Positions 58,640 to 64,000 of a stretch of DNA of 64,000 bases are shown here, piece by piece. The position numbers were made by a program, and so were the translations under genes. The DNA is from Amphiscolops sp. MND2022 (lineage: Eukaryota). The notes under the pieces are model-generated. The model saw only the letters and a list, made by a program, of their open reading frames with translations. It did no database searches and was not told where the DNA came from. How positions within the stretch are numbered: the stretch's first letter is position 1; each line of letters opens with the position of its first letter. The stretch spans positions 34,660,001 to 34,724,000 of the forward strand of contig OZ076409.1 of assembly GCA_964187785.1 (NCBI GenBank), in the 5' to 3' direction.

Positions 58640-59070
58640 TGATAAAAGAAACATGGAAATTCTGGGTTGAATTTAAAAACCTCCGAATATTCGACTACCT
58701 ATTATATCGTGTCAAGACACTTGACAACACAGGAAACTACAGACATCAACTCGATGTTGGTGAGGACCAAGTCCCAAAAATCCTAGCGTTGCTCCATGCG
58801 TCACGGGGCCTTTCGGTATTGAAAACAAAATATATCAAAGAGCTCAAAAACAATTTTTCAGGCCTGGAATGAAGCGAGATGTCAAAGAATGGGTCGGGTC
58901 GACAGCTGTGATAAATGTCTTAGAAGAAAAAGAACACCTCAGAAACATAGACATAGTTTAAAAACTTGGAAACCTACTCACCCTTTCTGGCAAGTGTCAC
59001 TGGATGTCATGGGCTCGCTGCCGGAGTACAACGGAAAGAAATACATCCTACTCATTGGAGTTTCAACACC
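58640..59070 (+). pseudogene. Decayed Gypsy-type integrase fragment
   Basis: PGMKRDVKEWV / CDKC...WKPTHPFWQVSLDVMGSLPEYNGKKYILLI across frameshifts. Confidence 0.75.
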
Positions 59071-60111
59071 TATAGTTTCGGGTCGCTATTCAGCAACTCA
59101 GCCGTTTTAATGAGTGCAAACCATTTCTGATGGATGTGAAACTATTTCGAAAAAATGGAAAAAGACTGCGTAGCTGAAGAATCGAGAAGAACAGCTCGAT
59201 TAGGAATATCTCCGAAATATTATCCAACACGAAATCGAAGAAAATGTATTTAGAAAAAGAAGACTGTGAACGAGTATGTTTACTACTTGCCTGAAATATA
59301 CCGAATTATATCAGAAGTGGCACCAGGACTAAATAGAATACAAGGCTGCACATCAGAAGGTCGAAACGTTGCTACAGAAGACACGCTGAGTTCGGTGGAA
59401 CTGATATAATAGTTGCTCAATTTGTCGAGCTTCGACTAGAGATTGCACTCATCAGAGCAGAAAACAGCGCCCTTGAAGAACAGTTATACACAGAAGGAAG
59501 CACAGCCAATCGAAGAGAAGATGCATCCCGACGAATAGTTCAACGAACTGAACTGAACGTGAAAACGCAACGGGACAAATTTAGACAATAAAATGATGAA
59601 TCGGAAAAACAACGCACCCTGGTTAGAAGTGAAAGAGCTAAAGCAAAAGTGACAGAGAAACTGATCAGAGATTTGAAACAAAAGAACATGCGCCAACGAC
59701 CGTTCTCGCTCTACGAACTTCTTTTGGTAAGCGGACGAAGAAACCATAATAAGAAAGTACACGAAACTGGCTACAATGACACATCCTGACGTCGGGGGAT
59801 ATGAAGAACACTTCAAAACATTTTCCAGGGCATTTTCTGTTTTGTAGGGTAACGCAGGCAGATATCTACATGACGTCTTCGGAGTTGAAGGAGCAGAAGA
59901 AGAACTATTGCGAAGAAACAATTGGAGCGAGTCAAAGCAGGCCGCAACGAATAACAAAAAGTCTCTCATATAATACTAAAGAAGGAAGGATCCACGTGTG
60001 TTCACTTGCAAGTGAAAAAAATCACGAACAGGTTTCGTTCAAAAAATGTGTCATCACGTCAAGAAGTATCTCTTACGAACGGGTGTTGTTCTGGGAAAAC
60101 ATGGGTTTCAC

Positions 60112-60567
60112 AAAAAACAAGTCAGGAACGTCTAAAGTCGGCGCTATATCTAAGGCTCAAAAAACGCAAAATACTTTTTTTAAAAAAAAAACATTTTTTT
60201 TCTTTCGAAAACGTCGCATAGTGCCAAAAAATGTAGACGGGGGGACCCTTTGGGCTTCATTAACATATATTCTGTTGCAAAATATAAAAAAGCTCGAAAG
60301 GGGGACTCTTTTGAGACATTTCAAAATTTTCGAAAAGTCGCACAGTGCCGAAAAAAATTGAAAGGGGGACCCTTTAGTTTCTTCTGGTTCTGTAGGTTAC
60401 GTAAAAAAGGTTAAAAATTAAAGAAGGGACCCTTTGCACTAAGTTTGCATTGGCCGGACTCGGCCTGAGTGGTTTTATCAGTTTCTGTAAAAAGTGGTAC
60501 ATACGCGATGAGGTCTGAGTTCTGACGAAAAAAGAAGAAAAAAAACTAGAAAAGCGCCGACTAAAAA
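60112..60567 (-). mobile_element. Near-complete HINE-like element
   Basis: AAACAAGTCAGGAACGTCTAAAGTCGGCGC (3' end, read on +) and GCGCCGACTAAAAA (5' subTIR, read on +). Confidence 0.75.
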
Positions 60568-62849
60568 CAAAGAGGGGCACAAAAAATTGGTTTAGGGTCA
60601 GCAGCGTCGAAATGGTAAATTGTTGCACCAGATCAACTGCTTACAAGATGACTATGCGCGTGCCATTGAGGAGCTTGAAGAGGAAAGGCAGCAGTACCAG
60701 CGACTTACAGCCAAAGGTGCCAGCTTCGATGCAGTGGCACACCACCTACCCTCTATCAAATTTTGTTGGTTCCCCCTGCAGAATCAGGGGAGCTGATAAC
60801 TGCCCATTTCCTGAAAATGAGTGTGCTAATTAAAGGCAGAGACGGGGAGATGGTTAAGCGTCTCCAACAAGCACACAGATTACTCCGAAGTCCAGAAGCT
60901 GGCGCAACTTACGATGGTGAAGGAAAAGAGGCACCAGACTGTTTTCAATGCCAACTAAAGAACTGACTTGAGCTTCAGTTCATTGGTCTGTTCAGCCAAC
61001 TTCTCTCAGGGAAGGAGAAAATATAGGAAACTTATATAAGGAGTGTTGTGAAAATTTAAAACTACTAAACGTTAAACGTGCAGACTGATTTACGTCGAGA
61101 AATAGAATATTGTTATCAGATGTATCAAGGCGGTGGACGTTTGATCAAATGAATTTGCGCGAATATGCAATCTGTCACTGAGATCGAAGCAAAATGGTCA
61201 AAGAAACCGAGATCGAATCAATTTTTTTCAAAACCTAGCGTTTCCAAATAACAATGTTATTGGCCGTCGGATGTGCCCCCATTTCCTCTGGGGCCCCGCG
61301 GCCCCTTGAGGCCTCTTATGTTCCCATCTTCCTAAGCGAGGTCGAACAGGAGCAAAGACCTAGAGGGAACGGAGATCGCGAAGCGATCGTAGTGGGAGCT
61401 GGTTTTGCGACGGTGAGGGTGAACGTGAATACATCGTATATGACCACATATTAGGTGCGGAAAAGTAAATTAATCATTTTAAACGCTTTTAAACGCCTTG
61501 AAATAGCAAAAATCTAGCAAAAAGGAACCAATTCGATCTCAAAATTTTCAATCCATTTTCGATCTCGCTTTTCGCTCACACAAAAGCTCGATCCAAAATT
61601 ACCCCACCACATATCAAAACATGGGTGGTATGGAGCCGTCGTTGAAAAACAATTTGTAGTATCCAGTTTGTAGAAAAGTGAAGTCCAGTTTGTAGAAGTT
61701 TTTAAAACAAACTGGACCTTGGTATTTTTTTTACGACCAGTTTGTAAAAAAAAACCAGTCAGTTTGTTGAAAAACAGTTTGTAAAATCGAGTTTATAAAT
61801 CATCAGTTCAAGAAGAATAACGATAAGACCATTATTGTAGGAATGATGCAAACCCTAAAACGTGCCTCGGATTTGGCCCCATTTCCTCTAGTTCCCCGCG
61901 GGAATAACGTATTCAAGGATGACGTCTGAAATTTAATGTATGAAATTACGAAAGGAGCATAATTTGATTTCAGATCAGGATCGCATATTTGATTTATAAC
62001 ACGCTTAATTTGTGACAGCAATCATCTGAAAGGCTTGCTATATAGAGATCGAATTTCCGAGGTCGTACGGAATGAGGTTGACTACTGTGGTCGAATTACA
62101 CAGGTCGAACGAGCTGAGATCGAACTTGGTAGAACACGTCGGGTCGAAATTTATCAAATTTCTCGAATCGAAACAGTTTTTGAAATTCGACACAATTCAA
62201 TCTCCAGAATTGTCACTGGTCGACCCGAGAAGGTACCCTTGTTTCCGACCTGAGGGATTCGATCCGTATCCGCACACCCAATTCTACAAACTGGACCTAA
62301 TTCACATGGGTTGTCCGGGTTCGACAACCTTAGTTTAACCGACTGTCAGGGTTCGATCATAAGATATCGGGAATAAACAGTAAGTTGTCGGGGCTCGATG
62401 GAAATGTGAATAAAACAAAAACGGCGGGACTTGCCAATAATGACACTGATAAAGGGTATAAAAAGAAGCTGAGAGAAGGTTGACATTTGATAGATACTTT
62501 GTTCTACCTAAATTGCTAAACGATAAACTCTGATTTATTCTCTAGAAAGATTTCCAAATTATTCTTCCCTCAACATCCTTCTAATCCTATCTTCCAAGCC
62601 AAAACCTATCTCTCTGTGCTAGGCAGAGATACTATACTGATGATAGAATTAAGGGTTCAGTCCTGCAAGCTATCACTTATTTTGAATACGGTACAAGTTT
62701 ATATCAAGAATATGAGGATATATATAATTTCTGTATGAAAAACCCTATTTGCGGGAGGATGTTAATAATAGCAGTTCATGAGTCTATATATTCAGTTTAT
62801 TTGAATTCAAAATGTAGTTTCTGAGTTGTTCACAATCAGCCAATACACA

Positions 62850-64000
62850 CTTTCCTGCCTCAGTCACTTGCTCATACACAAACAATTAACTTCCTATGAA
62901 ATGAAAATACCACCCAGAGAAGGCTTTGACTGCTGTATTGCAGCAGTCTCTATTGAAAAGAGGAAAATTTTGCTGGGATCAATATACGTACATTTAGGAA
63001 ACACTGAAAACATCGAAAGCGCCACAGATGTTCTGACTGAAGTGTATACGTTATGCAAAAATGAAAATATTACCGGACCAATAATCTTCGGGGATTAGAA
63101 TTCGAGGCATCCACTATGGGGCGATAATTTAGAAAAGAAATATGGTAAATTACTCGCCGACTACTGAGCCGACAATGGTCTTTCTATAATAAGCCCTCAC
63201 CAGCCCATTTTTGTCTCAGCAAGCAAGAACGGTAGCAGCATAATCGATTTTTGCATCACTGAACAAAAATGCTCTGATCTGGTATGCATTGCACGAGTGA
63301 TCGAAGATATCGAATCCTTCTCTGGTGCTCCAGAGCAAGGTCATTGGCATGTTCTATTTGATATAGATATTCCTGTGAATTATGATAATCCTAAACGGGG
63401 TGTGCTAAACTACAAAATGGCAAATTGGGAAGAAATAAGTATACAGCTGGAAAATATTATGGTGGAAAACATGGATAGCATGATAACGGAAGCACCTACG
63501 AAAGCTCTCCTAATATTTATAGGCCTAGTCAGAGGAGTTTGTGAAAATTCGATTCCACGCAAAACACTTTGCAAATATTCCAAACCATACTGGGGCAATA
63601 AATTGACTCACTTATCGCAAAAATTGAAAGATGCACGCAAAAAATATAGACTCCAATGTAACCCAAAAACAAGAACATTGTTGAAATGGCTAAAATCGAA
63701 TTCAAAAAGGAAATGCAAAAGAATAATACCCGTTGGACGCAAAATGGCATCATGGAAATTAATGAGAAAACTCTAAAACATTTTTCGATAATATCCGCAA
63801 ATTCAATGGTTCAATGGACTTAAATAACATAGGAGTACTTCGTCACAAGGGTAGGACACTGAAAAAGGATTGCCATAAAGCTGCGCTCTTTTAGCGTGTT
63901 TTCTTCGATGGTGCACACCTAACTGGTAAACTATTTGACGCCGCTTTTTATGAAAAAACAAAAGTAGAAGTGAAAGAGACGTTGGCTCACACCGTTGGGG
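62850..64000 (+). pseudogene. Decayed non-LTR retrotransposon (LINE) ORF2, AP-endonuclease region; runs off the right edge
   Basis: ILLGSIYV, IIFGD*NSRHPLWG, SSIIDFC, NYKMANWE, SKPYW; stops and frameshifts present. Confidence 0.8.

Noticed and set aside
56012..60628. Lys/Phe-rich ORFs of 80-186 aa
   Set aside because: They derive from A/T-run-rich HINE copies and decayed TE sequence; no domains recognised.

Overview
AT-rich eukaryotic (probably metazoan) DNA made up mostly of repeats. From left to right: (1) A ~7.9-kb satellite array of a 47-bp monomer with higher-order structure. (2) Three 3' exons of a host gene: furin-like Cys-rich repeat, transmembrane helix and Ser-rich tail, with a probable GC-AG intron and an intronic 142-bp palindrome. 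(3) A young 15.65-kb Ty3/Gypsy LTR retrotransposon (11988-27641; 1489-bp LTRs; CAACC target-site duplication, TSD) with a complex layout. Its gag starts inside the LTR, gag-pol is joined by an A-AAA-AAC -1 frameshift site, and it carries a five-exon antisense gene resembling a catalytically altered hAT transposase plus a third ORF running into the 3' LTR. (4) A nest of long solo LTRs, one showing the same gag-in-LTR phase. (5) A MITE. (6) A decayed 5.9-kb Gypsy element on the minus strand. (7) An apparently intact ~11-kb Helentron. Its Rep-helicase-endonuclease polyprotein begins with an AMSH-like JAMM/MPN+ deubiquitinase domain, and its termini match a dispersed non-autonomous repeat found several times in the window. 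(8) Integrase and LINE remnants. All domain calls come from motif recognition by eye; no database searches were run.
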